Shown one piece after another: positions 24,138-36,760 of a DNA stretch of 64,000 nt (the stretch's first letter is position 1; the number at the start of each line of letters is the position of its first letter). Origin of the DNA: Eledone cirrhosa (lineage: Eukaryota); assembly GCA_964016885.1 (NCBI GenBank), contig OZ024742.1:71858001-71922000 (forward strand), written 5' to 3'. Made by a program: the position numbers and the translations under genes. The notes under the pieces were generated by a model. The model searched no databases, was not told the DNA's origin, and was given only the letters and a program-made list of their open reading frames with translations.

Positions 24138-24199
24138 TGCCAATACTTTCTGAGTGAGTATCACTGATGAAAGACTAACAAATCTTGAAGACATTCTCA
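24138..24199 (+). ncRNA. Degenerate hammerhead (family C), stem III deleted
   Basis: GUAUCA CUGAUGA AAGACU-AACA-AAUCUU GAA then directly GACAUUCUCA. Upstream TAGACTATAGTCTA hairpin shared with the other family-C copies. Confidence 0.65.
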
Positions 24200-24477
24200 A
24201 AAGTAATTTATTATAATCTTTTATTCACAGTTGTATAAAAACATAATATATACAGATAAAAACACATAGAGACTGTTTCAGCTTCACATCTGAAAATAAG
24301 GTAATAGCCCAGAAATATCATGCTAAAATACACTTGGTAAAACATTTACTTTATTTTGTTTTGTTTCATTTGTCAAAATTTGCCCTTCGTATTTTTAACC
24401 ACATTGTACCGGCATTTAAAACAAAAATTATCGGCCTTTTACTACACACACACACACACACACACACATACATACAT

Positions 24478-24757
24478 GGTGGCTGCCAACTCGTTTTCGA
24501 GTACGGCCACTACCTTAAATCCATGTAAAAGAATGCCTACCGATGCGCTGACGAGTGTGACTTTTTAGTCCAGCCAACGACTTGAAAACTCTGGTACAAA
24601 CACTACACTTGTGACAATTATTGACACAGTGTTGGGCCCATGTGACGACAAGTGCAGAGAGATCTCCAGATATAAAGCAATGCCTGTGCCGTGAAGCTTT
24701 TATAGTGAGCAAAAGCACTGCACAAAGCCAGTCCCACTCTCTTAACCAAGATGATAT
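24478..24757 (-). mobile_element. Non-autonomous RTE-derived retroposon (truncated)
   Basis: Near-identical to 33594-33885. Encodes [17 protein letters not shown], like an RTE ORF C-terminal finger; microsatellite tail. Confidence 0.7.
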
Positions 24758-24770
24758 TACATACATACAT

Positions 24771-24824
<54 letters not shown>

Positions 24825-26243
24825 TTATATATATATATATATATATATATAAATATATAGTGAAAGATTGAAGAATAACATGGTCGGCTGTACAATTGTT
24901 TCATTGATCAGGTGAGTCTAAAGGCCGCTCATCACTCAAAGTTGCGTCACTTGACCTTAAATACAGTGTTTACCTCTGATCAAATCATCAGAATACTAGA
25001 GGTTTTACATATGGCATTGGTATATATAGAGATACAACGGAGAATCAAAACAATAACATCAATAATAAAAGATAATGATAAAGGGGTAAAGAAAATAGAA
25101 TGAAGATAGTACAAATGTAAAAAATAAGTAAAAAAATATATTTATATATATATATATATGTAGCGAAATCTGTCGGCGCCTTGAACTTTGGGTGATACCT
25201 AGAGATCAAATTTAGATGTTTTTGTAATATCTTGCCAAAGTTGGCACCAACTATAAACAAATTAAGGCCGGGTCATAAGAAGGACAGAGAATGATAAGGG
25301 ATTTGGGTAAAAACATGTAAACGATGATGATGACACAAACACATATATATATACAAACACACACATATATATACATACAGACACACATATATATACACAC
25401 ATATACACACCCACACATATATATATAAGAGAAAATAATCACACACGCAATACTAATTAACACCATATCACTATAGAGACCTGTTGTAAATAAACAAAGA
25501 GTGTATCGTAAATTTCATTGTAAAAAAAAAAAAAAACACATTCACTTGTCAGAAAACCTAGTTTCATTTTCGAGGACGTTAAACTTAACCTATGCCGGTC
25601 TCAACTACTATCACGGACAACAATTATCTGTAACTCGCTGTTTTAACACCAACAACAACAACAGACTTCAACAGCCTACACATCAATAACAAAGTAATAT
25701 TGTCAATCTTTGCAACTTATGGTAACTTGTTTATTGTACCTTTTAATTCACGTGAAGTAAAACTATATATAAATCAAATCCTATATTCTTATATTCTATT
25801 ATTCATGATATTACATTTAACAATCTTGTTATTATCACATATCTAAATAACCACATATAACCATTCTAACTATATATTTTTATACCTTTCGTTAAATATA
25901 TATCTCCACCCTATTAGATGGTCGTTTTGGTGCTACGATAAAAAGCATCCAGTTCACGCTGTAATGTGATTGGCATTAGGAAGGATATCCAGCCAAAGAA
26001 ACCAAGCCAAAATACAGACCCATATGAGCAAGATGTGGTCACCTGACCTGATTTGTCTCATAATGTGGGAACCCATGGAAATATGGAGATTGGTCGTTAA
26101 ATGATGATGATGATATATATATGTGCCTTTCTCTCTATATTTCTGCTTCACTTTATTTGTAAATAAGTCATGTAACTTCTCTTTATAAGCCTGCAGCTTT
26201 CTAAACTTCTGTCTCTCTATATTTTTTTGCTTCACTTCATTTA

Positions 26244-26690
26244 TCTATATATATAAAACAGGATGTCTGTCTGTCTGTGTAAGTACCCGACCGATTCTTT
26301 TCAAACTTTACACATGCGTTACTTATATTTTTTGAAGTGCAATGGGCTAAAAAAATGATAACTTTTTCTGCCCTAGTGCTCGCATTAGGCGAAAAACCGC
26401 ATTTTAAGGCTTTTTGAGGCATAACTTTCAGATAATCCATCCGATTTCCTCGAAATTAGTTAGTTCCCTCGCATTGCTGTACAAAAAAAAATTCCGATTC
26501 CATTAATGGTTTCTAGGAAATTTACGAATTAGCATTGGGCATTACATGCCATTTTCATTTTCAATATAAACGCTACTTAAACATTATAAGTAGCATATAA
26601 TATTTCGTTAAAAATTTGGTTTATTTAACAGAGGACACAACACTTACTTTTAAGCAGGACCATTTTCGGGGGATTGAGGAAATGAGCATT
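26244..26690 (+). mobile_element. Helitron 5' fragment, same family as 22286-23440
   Basis: Collinear homology with 22286-22780. Confidence 0.7.
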
Positions 26691-26916
26691 TATTTCAACT
26701 TCATATGTTCTAAAAGCATTTATTTCAAAAGTATTTATTTGTATGTAAATGTAAAAGCATTTATTTCAACTTAATATGTTCTACTCTGCAAAAAATATAA
26801 CACTGTCATTATAACAATGCAGGACACATGTGGTCTGGCTTCGTCTCTCTCTACAAATCTGTTTATTTTCTCTTTCTAAGCTTATGCCATTCTCTAAAGC
26901 AGGACTGCTATAGGAT

Positions 26917-28898
26917 TATAACAAAATACTGGGTTGTATGAATATAACATAGACGTGGTTTGTGTGTATAATATTTAATCAACAATTTGTGGATATATAG
27001 AACAGTGTAGTTGACATGTCAATGAATAGATGAAAGAATGAAGCAAAGTTATTAGCTACCGTTTTGGTCGCTAGGCGAACGCGCCTGGCCGAAGCCCAGG
27101 AGCCGAAAAGGCAAATGAGTGAAAGGGAGCTGAAGGTTATTCGTTTTATAGGGTTGGAACGGAAGTTACAGAAAGGGTTCTACTTCCTATCTAGAGAGCG
27201 TTAATCTATTGGTGATGTGAGTGTCACAACAAGGGAGGCAACTCCTGCTACATTATCTCCCGCCAGATTTTTAAAATATAAAAATCGAATGAAATATGTA
27301 TGCAGTAAGTTGGCGAGAATGTTGTAACAGGCATGAAAATTACGAAAAAAAATAATGTTTGCAAAAATCAATGATAGATATCAAGGTAGCCAACCGCTCT
27401 TGGCCAGAGAACGACTGGACATCTATCTATCCATCACCCAAAGATACAATGTAATCAAAGTAAGAGAAGAGCTCAAAATTCAAATGTTCAAAATACAGTT
27501 CACAGGTGTGCAATCACATGACAGCAGGAAAGAAAGTGTGTTCCACAGAATGAATGCAGGTGGTTTCTGTTCTGTGGTATAACGTGAAATTTCCAACCTC
27601 CGAATGGATTTTCTCACAGGAAGAGTACTGCAAAAATAAATTCTCTGGCTTGTTCTGCTGGTTTTAGTTGTTGATGAAGCTGTGTTGCTGTTGATGTTGT
27701 TGTCTCGCGGGGTGAGCTTATTCGATGTTTAAATTCACAGTAAAAAATGTTTTCAGAAAAAATGAGTTGCGCAAAGTGCTAGAAATAACAGCCAAAGTTG
27801 ATGGTCGATGTTGAGAATGCGTTGACCTGGAAGGGTCAAGAGGCCAGCGACCAAAGAAATAAGCATTCTGAATAAATGCGCAGTTTTCAAAGGCAAATTT
27901 ACGTGGTAAATTTTTAAACCGGCAAATAGGAGAATATAACTTAAGGCTGGAGAATCCTTGGCGAGAAACGTTATCTCTGGCGTGCGGCCATCTCCGTGAG
28001 TCGAGAATTCTGCTGCCTACACGTGCCAATACAAGGTTAAGTTGAAAAAAATATATTTCTATTGCGCGAGAAAATGATAGTGCAACAGGTCGTTGGCAGC
28101 CATTTTGAAAAAATGTGTGTGTGAAAGTAACAATGATGAAAAAGAAAGAAAGGCTTCACTTAGTATAACAAATATGGCGAGTTCAATTTTTTTTTTGTGA
28201 ACTTTGAAAAAAACTTAAACAATGAAGAAAACGATGAACAAAAGCAATAGTTGAGATTCATCGAAAATAAATGTTCATGTTGAAATGTTTAAAAAAAAAA
28301 ATCAAATTTCTTTTTTTTGTTTGTTTTTAAAGTGTTCGTTGTAAGAAAGCAACGAAAAACATATATATATACAGTGAAATGCGACAGTTAGTTGATGCGT
28401 GATAGAAAAAAAGTCTGTCTGAACGAGAATTTCACATGTGCGAGTGTTCGTTTCTTTGACTGCGTATTTTCATAGTTTGTCAATAAAATTTGCTGCGTAT
28501 TCGTAATGTTACTCACACAACACCAGATTCTGCTATTTTTTTTCTTTTTTCGGGGTCACCATTATAACAAAATACTGGTGTGTATAAGTATAACAAGAGA
28601 CGTGGTTTGTGTGTATAATATTTAATTAACAATTTGTGGATATATAGAACAGTATAGTTGACATGTCAATGAATAGATGAAAGAATGAAGCAAAGTTATT
28701 AGCTACCGTTTGGTCGCCAGGCGAACGCGCCTGGCCGAAGCCCAGGAGCCGAAAAGGCAAATGAGAGAAAGGGAGCTGAAGGTTATTCGTTTTATAGGGT
28801 TGGAACGGAAGTTACAGAAAGGGTTCTACTTCCTATCTAGAGAGCGTTAATCTATTGGTGATGTGAGTGTCACAACAAGGGAGGCAACTCCTGCTACA
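26917..28898 (-). mobile_element. Non-autonomous Gypsy-type LTR retrotransposon
   Basis: 336-bp LTRs at 26917-27252 and 28563-28898 (TGTAG...TTATA); primer-binding site (PBS) TGGTGACCCCGA after the 5' LTR; polypurine-tract-like (PPT) GGCGGGAGATAA; GGAT TSD at 26913-26916 and 28899-28902; no gag/pol recognised. Confidence 0.85.
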
Positions 28899-29110
28899 GG
28901 ATTGATGCATAGTGGTTCATCTCACTCTAAGGTGGTCATGCTGGTGACTGGCATTAGGAAAGTCATACAGTTGTAAAACCAAGTCAAAACACAGATCTGT
29001 ATGAGTAAGACATGGTCACTTGACCTGACTTGTCCCATAACATAACAACCCGTCTAACCCATGCAAACATGGAAAATATACATTAAACAAAATAGTGATG
29101 GTATAATATA

Positions 29111-29855
29111 TATAACGGCGGCGAAGATTCGAAACCGAATCTGAGCTTTCCGGCCTCTGGGACAAGATGTGGTAACTTGTTTACACTCAAGAGACTAACC
29201 CCTTGGGAGAGGCTAAACACAGGTCAGAGGTGTTTACGCCTGACAGAAAATAGGTCAGAGGATATATCCATCTTTCTGACTTGTTTACGCTTGGCAAACT
29301 AATCCCTTGGGAGAGACTAACCAAAGTTCAGAGGATATATCTATCCTTCTAACTTCAACTCTTATAAATACAGGGGTTGTTCATGCCCCGACAGAAAAGA
29401 AGTGATATACAGACAAGACAAGTCGCATTTACAAGCTCTCGTCACGAAAAACCAGTCTGCCACTTATTCTCACCTTCCTGGCTGATCGCTGACTCCTGCA
29501 ATACAAACAAGTAAAATATACTGATACGCACACACGCATTCATAGTGAGTTCAGCATTTGTACACGCACCATTCATTTCTGTTTACACATACTGTACCTT
29601 TCTGATACAGTACAAATTATATTATAATCGTATTCTGTGATACTTGAATTTACGTGGCTCGAAGAGCCACCAAATTATTGTATGAATATTTTGTGTTATT
29701 GATTTTATCATTCAATATTCAAATTGAATATTGTTATAATAAAATAAACTTTGTAACAACACTCCTGGTATTTTTGTTTACATCGAAACCACCATACCAA
29801 CAGTTACATCCATCCATCCACTTATCGTTACAACCACACATAATAATCCGTTACA
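29111..29855 (+). mobile_element. Probable solo LTR
   Basis: Termini TATAACGG...CCGTTACA (near-inverted), TATA on both sides, internal TATAAATA (~29363) and AATAAA, U3-like ~90-bp repeats. Confidence 0.55.
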
Positions 29856-30019
29856 TATATATTCTTGTTTAATGATCCTGTAAATACAGTCAAGAAACTC
29901 CAGCGTTACAAGACATCATTTAGCCATAATAAATAATATCTAAACTCTACTTCACATATATATTCATATACACACACAGACACATATCTATATCTATACA
30001 CACACATATATATATATGC

Positions 30020-32485
30020 TCTGGTGAGCACATAAGCCAGATTGACTTCTTAGTAGTTAGGCAACGGGACAGGCAGATAGTGTCTAATACCAAGGCATAC
30101 CCTGGGGAAGAATGTACCCCACAGCATAGGTTAGTTGTTAGTGATATCTCAGTAAGCAAGAGATGGAATGAGACATATAGGAAGGTGTGGAGAAGAAAGG
30201 TCTGGAAGCTAAAATACCTTTCACTAAAATACAAATTTAGGAAAGCCCTTCAAGATGTATATGACGAAAAAGAAGACGATTTAGAGACGTATGACATAGA
30301 TAATAACTGGAATTTCTTACGTGACAACTTGCTGCAGACTACTGATGAAACCTGTGACTGGAGCAGAGCTCCAACCAGACAGAGAGTGACCTGGTGGTGG
30401 AACAGCACAGTAGATAAGGCTATTAGAGATAAAAGACTAGCATGGAAGGGTTGGAAAAAGGGTGGGAGTAGGGAAGAATATACAGCCACTAAGAGAGAAG
30501 CTAGACGTCAGGTGTACTTAGCACGCAGGGAGGCAGAGAGTAGGAGGTTTGCCAATGTTCTGCGATGGGAAAATCAGAGGCGTGCGGTATTCCACATTGC
30601 AAGGCAGTGTGTCAATGCAAATCAGGATGTTGTTGGAGATAAATGTGTCCGGGATGATGCCAGTGTATTTAGTGTCACGAATGATCAGAAAAAGGAGGCC
30701 TGGAAATGTCATTATGAGAGACTGATGAATGTGGAGAACGAATGGGAGAGAGAGAAATTACCCTTGGTAGATCCGACAGAGGGACCAGCTATTGAGATTG
30801 ACGAATATAGGGTCCAAGAGGCGATTAGGGAAATGAAAAATGGTAAGGCTGCCGGACCATCGGGAATAGTTGCTGAGATGCTGAAGGCATCAGGGGACGT
30901 AGGCACTAAACTGGTTGGACGCATCATCAATCAGGCTATATATGGTGGTGTCATACCCAAAGACTGGTGCAGCAGTATTCTCATAAATTGCTACAAAGGT
31001 AAAGGGATGCTTTGGAGAGAAGCAATTATAGGGGTATAAAACTGATAGATCAGGTTATGAAAGTGGCAGAAAGGATTTTAGCACAACTAATTAGAGAAAG
31101 GGTCAAACTAGATGAGATGCAGTTTGGTTTTGTGTCTGGGAAGAGTACAACAGATGCCCTCTTCTTGGTGAAACAATTGCAAGAGGGGTTCTTAGAGAAG
31201 AATAAGCCACTATACTTAGCCTTTGTTGACCTAGAGAAGGCCTTTGATAGGGTACCCCGATCTGTCATCTGGTGGTCCCTAAGGAAGCTAGGTGTTGAGG
31301 AATGGCTTGTGAGGACAGTGCAAACTTTGTACAGAGGTACTCTCAGTAAAGTCAGGGTAGGAATGGAGTTTAGTGAGGAATTCCAGATACAAGTAGGAGT
31401 ACATCAGGGTTCGGTCCTCAGCCCGCTCTTGTTCATTATAGTCCTCCAAGCCATAACAGAGGAGTTTAAGACTGGCTGTCCATGGGAACTTCTCTATGCT
31501 GACGATCTGGTTCTTATAGCAGAGTCAGTCGAGGAGCTAGAGAATAAATTCTGGCTATGGAAACAGCAGTTTGAAGCAAGAGGATTGAGAGTGAATCTAG
31601 CTAAGACAAAAGTGTTGATGAGTAGAAAAGAGGACAAAACCCTGATTACGTCAGGGAAATGGCCATGTTCGATATGCAGAAAAGGAACTGGCATAAATTC
31701 TATAAAATGCACACAATGCAGATCCTGGGTACACAAAAGATGTAGCAGGATAGCAGGCAAACTAACAGGTAGGGAGAAATATGTATGCAGTAGATGTACA
31801 GGGAAATTAGACAGTAGAAGTCGCATTGATAGACACATTTTTCAAATGCAGGAGGGCGCTATAGAAGTGGTGGATAGCTTCCGGTACCTAGGAGATCAGA
31901 TTAGCATGGGAGGAGGGTGTTCCGAGGCCATAGTATCTAGAATAAGGACGGGTTGGAAGAAGTTTAGGGAGCTGCTTCCTCTGTTGACGAAGAAGGGTTT
32001 CTCCCTGCGTACGAAAGGCCGGTTGTATGATGCCTGTGTGAGGAGCGCGATGCTGCATGGTAGTGAGACATGGGCAGCAACTGCAGAGGATATGCGACGG
32101 CTGGAGAGAAATGAGGCAAGCATGCTCCGTTGGATGTGCAGTGTAAATGTGCGTGAACGACCCAGCATAAATGTGTTGAGAGAGAAACTGTGTCTGAGAG
32201 GGATAGAATGTAGTGTACGGGAGAGGAGACTGAGGTGGTATGGACATGTGATGCGCATGAAGGATGACCGATGGGTGAAGAAGTGCCAGGAATTGCCAGT
32301 TGAAGGAAGACGTGGTAGAGGTAGACCACGAAAAACATGGGCGGAGGTGGTGAGAACAGACCTCAGATCATTGAAGCTCATGGTGGAGATGACGAGGGAC
32401 CGTGACGAGTGGAGAGATGCTGTGCTGAATAAGACCCGTCGCACCCTTGCAAGCAGGGAAAAGCGGACGTAAAATGATGATGATA
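30020..32485 (+). mobile_element. 5'-truncated RTE LINE, reading frames nearly intact (one frameshift near 31010)
   Basis: End of AP endonuclease (QHRLVV), NYRGIKL, FVDLEKAFD, GVHQGSVLSPLLF, LYADD, RRLRWYGHV, RGRPRKTW, (GAT)n tail. Confidence 0.93.
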
Positions 32486-33125
32486 TACACCTCTGTCTAT
32501 GACTTGGATAAACAGATCATTACCCACTGCAGAAAAACCATTCTCTTCAACAAAGGTATAGCCTGGGAAAAAAAAAGTCAACTATCTCAGAACTATGTCT
32601 CAATGGGATCATTCGATACTGCTGATGTATATGATTTGTTTGAGTTGTATATATTAGATATGATGTCTAAACCCATGCTTGCATGGAAGATAGACATTAA
32701 ACAATGATGATGATGATGATGTGAGCCGAATTCCCACTTCCCCATGACGATGGTCTGACCCCCTCGAGCCATAAAATTGGTCATGAAGATGGAGAGCCAC
32801 GAATGGTCACTCAAAGATGCAGATGTTGATTACTCCATTCAATGGAAAATTCTGACCAAATCCAGGCCATACGGAGGTTTCTATTACGTAGCTGGAAGGA
32901 CCCAAAATAACCAGAAGTTTAACCCAGACTGAACTATCACAAGCGATCGTTCTTCAAATGTTGTCCCACCCTACAATAGTCTATTTGAAATGTCTTCCTT
33001 GTCACTCAACTACCGGCATCTGCTGTGCAGAATCCAGCTAGCTCATATATATATATACTTACGTTCTCACTATAACCATACCAGAGTTGAAGAATCCTTT
33101 GAGTGAAACACATGTTCTCAACTAG
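32486..33125 (+). mobile_element. Fragmented Penelope-like remnant with degenerate HHR
   Basis: RT-like MGSFDTADVYDLFELYIL and nuclease-tail-like WSLKDADVDYSIQWKIL. HHR-like GAG UUGAAGA..GAAACACAUGUU CUC at 33084-33119. Confidence 0.6.
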
Positions 33126-33482
33126 AGTTTGCTAATATGTTGTGGAAGTAACTCTATATCGAACTAGTCCTTTGGACTGAGTGCTCTACCAACTTTGGAT
33201 ATAACCTCCTGTTTTATTTACCACAATATATATATATATAACTTTGATAGGTTTCAGCCAGTATTGGCCCAGGCCATGTCTAACTTAATAGCACCACCTG
33301 GCAAAGTCTTTCAAATCAGGATTTGGACACCATGGCCCACTCAAGTAGAGAGTTATTGTTTACGGAGACATATCCGGGTGTAGGAGGTTTATCCGGGATT
33401 TCTTGAAGGAATTTGTACAAATATATACATACATACATATATATATATATGTATGTATATATATATATATATATCATCCGGG

Positions 33483-33885
33483 AGAGATGACCCCTTAGCC
33501 TTTGTCAAGGCAGAATTCTAGAAGGAAAACTCTGATATAACACCTGCAACTCTGATGGTATCCAATGATGTTCACTTGTTCTTCTTTTTGGTAAATATCA
33601 TCTTGGTTAAGAGAGTGGGACTGGCTTTGTGCAGTGCCTTTGCTCACTATAAAAGCTTCACGGCACAGGCATTGCTTTATATCTGGAGATCTCTCTGCAC
33701 TTGTCGTCACATGGTACCATGGGCCCAGCACTATGTGTCAATAATTGTCACAAGTGTAGTGTTTGTACCAGAGTTTTCAAGTCGCTGGCTGGACTAAAAA
33801 GTCACACTCGTTCAGCGCATCGGTAGGGGTTCTCCTACATGGATATAAAGTAGTGGCCGTACTCGAAAACGAGTTGGCAGCCACC
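33483..33885 (+). mobile_element. Non-autonomous RTE-derived retroposon (longer copy)
   Basis: Head with GAAGGAAAACTC plus the 3' part shared with 24478-24757. Flanked by (TA)/(TATG) microsatellites. Confidence 0.7.
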
Positions 33886-33904
33886 ATGTATATATATATG
33901 TATG

Positions 33905-33939
<35 letters not shown>

Positions 33940-33944
33940 GTATG

Positions 33945-33975
<31 letters not shown>

Positions 33976-33980
33976 GTATG

Positions 33981-34011
<31 letters not shown>

Positions 34012-34012
34012 G

Positions 34013-34057
<45 letters not shown>

Positions 34058-34079
34058 ATATATATGTATATGACTGACT

Positions 34080-36760
34080 CTCCCATTCTTTCAGTTCATC
34101 AGCTGCTGATTTACACACAAATCCGCATTTGATGTAGGTGACAGGATCTTGAACAGAGCAGGCTGGAATGTCTGACTGGACTCTGGTGTCAGATCTTATC
34201 TAACAGAGGTAAGCTAAACGAGATTTCTCAAAGTTCTTTATACCTTCGTGGCAGATGGTTCTCCATCTTTTTACAATTGACAGCATGGCTTCAAATGAAA
34301 AAGATTGTACTTCAGTTTGTCCTTATATTGGAATAGTGGCCTACCCACACTATGCACACCACCCTGGAGCTGACTACAACAGTACCTTAGGTGTGAGGTC
34401 CTCAGACACGACCAGGCCATCTAAGTTGGGATTGCATCAGAAATGACTCAATCTCACCAATGTTGCACCTTCTGAACAGTTCAGCATTGGAGACCGTCAG
34501 AAAGTGCATATCCACAGAGTGAAGACAGCGTTTGTGGAAGTCATCAAGCTTATGTATGTGAGTGTGGTAAAGTGTCCATGACTCAGAGCCATATAAGAGT
34601 GTTGTCAGTACCACTGCACGATAAACTGCAAATTTTGTTTTCAAGCATATACCTTTGACACTCTGTAGGTGGTGATGTAGTTTGCCAAAAGTATCATCCA
34701 GGGATGCAAAGTGGTTCACCTTGCTGCCAAGTTAAGTAAAGCAGCGCACATATTTCAGATCTTTGCCATCAATAGTGAGGGGTCCAGAGGATGCCTTTAA
34801 TCTGACCACACCTGTTTAACGCCTCCTGCATGCCTTTGGTTGATGTACCACCTCAGTCTTCTTGATGCTGATTGTTAGACCAAAAACCTTACAGACAAGC
34901 GAAAAACAGTTCATCAATTCCTGTGCCTCTTTGAGAGATGTTGCAGCAAACAGGCCTTAGCCAGGTCAATAAAAACCATAAACAGCTCTTGGTTCCTTTC
35001 ACGAACCTTCTCTGCGACCTGACAAAGAGAGGAAATCATGTCAATAGTAGCCCGACCAGAGCAGAAACCATGCTGATTTACAAGGTAGATATGGTCAGCA
35101 AGTCTGGATATAATTCTGTTGACCATGACACAGGATAGTATCTTACCAGCAATACAGAGAAGGGAGATGCCGCGAGAGTTGTTGCAGATAGATTTTTTAC
35201 TTTTGTATTTGAACAGGTGGATTATCAATGCATCTCTGAAGTCCCGGGGGATGCTCCCAACTCTCCAGATTTCTAGAAATAGCTGAAGAAGCCTACGAAC
35301 CAGCTTTTTACCACCATATTTGAAGATTTCATATGGGATGCCATCTTTACCAGGAGCCTAATTGGATGATAGCAGCTTTTATGTCATTCAAGTTTGGGTT
35401 TAATGCTAATAATTCAGAGATCTCCAGCCTTTGTAGAATAGATAAAATTACATCTTCATCAACCTTTGATTCTGCATTAAGAACCTTCTCAAAAGTGTTC
35501 TTTCCAGCAAGTGAGAATCTCAGCTGTCTGTGAATAGGGTTGTTCCATCAGAGGAAAGCACTGGATTTGACCTGCCCTCCCTCGGACCATTATAAAAGGC
35601 TTGTGAGTCCTTTTTATCAGCAGCAGCTTGTAGTTTGGCTGCTTTAGCCATCTACCAAGCATCTTTCATCTTTCTAAGTGAGGATTGTACCTGCTGCTTC
35701 CAATCTTTGTAGGCTATCTTTTTTGTTGCTGAATTTTTATCTCCAATCCAAATCCTGTGTAGGTTATGTATTCCGTTGATAAGGTTTGGGACATCCAAGT
35801 TGTCTTCATCAACCCAGTCCTGATGTTTTCTCATAGGAAATCCTTAGATCTCCACAGTGGCATCTTTTGAGTGCTTTCCAGGAAGTCTCAATGTCATCAG
35901 AAATCTGGATAGTGTCGAGGGATGAGTCAAGCTTTGCAGAAAGTTTCAGCCTCCCATCAACTAATCGCAGCTTACCCACATCAATCTTGGGTGGGATGGT
36001 GGCCTCTGAAAACACCTTTTGTTTGGAAGATTGAATAAAACCTTACTGCACAGTAGTGCATGATCCGAGAGATAACAAGAAGAGTGAAAATAACAAGTGA
36101 TTTTAAAATCTTTTAGGTGATGTCTGCGAGTGATAACACAGTCAACCATATGCCTCCTTGGATCTAGGATGCATCCATGTTGTTGAAAGAAGCTGTTGGT
36201 GATGCTGAAATCAAATTCTTTACAGAGTGAGAGCAGCCTAAGCCCATAGCTCCGACTCCGTGAGATCCAAGGACGTTATGTCATGTTTGAAAGTCATTTC
36301 CAACTCTAGCATTGAAATCACCCATTATGATCAGCTTGTTCTTGTTGGAAACAGAGACCACTGTGTGAAGCTGATCGTAGAATATTTCAATCTCCTGCTC
36401 AGGTGAATAGAGTTGGGGCATAGCAACTTACTAGCATAACAGAGGTGTTGTTTACCAAATCCAGTGGCAGAGTCATTATGCGATCACTGACACCTTTGGG
36501 GAATGATGTTAGGGATTTGGCAATGTCAGATCTTATGACAAAACCAACACCCGATTGACAGTGGTCTTCTTCACTCTTTTCAGACCAGAACACTGAGTAG
36601 CCCACTCCCACTTCTTCCATTTGGGACATGCCAGGGAGTCGGGTCTCACTTACTACACAGATATCAACACTGTATCTGTTGAGTGCATTACAGATGAAGT
36701 CTGATCTTCGTTCCAAGTTGGAGTGTTCTAACATTCCTTTCCCTTTGTTTTGACCGTGTA
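34080..36760 (-). mobile_element. Decayed RTE (BovB-like) LINE, endonuclease plus RT
   Basis: SETRL, SGVGF, SCYAPT, SDHAL (APE); NSRGISLL, FIDLAKA (RT); LLYGSESW. Many stops and deletions. Confidence 0.85.

Noticed and set aside
30995-31040. Overlapping RTE ORFs as a programmed frameshift
   Set aside because: RTE elements encode one ORF here, and a small indel in this copy explains the break.
33777-34132. Tyr/Ile-rich ORFs (also 13748, 24515, 25251)
   Set aside because: Translations of (TA)n/(TG)n microsatellites.
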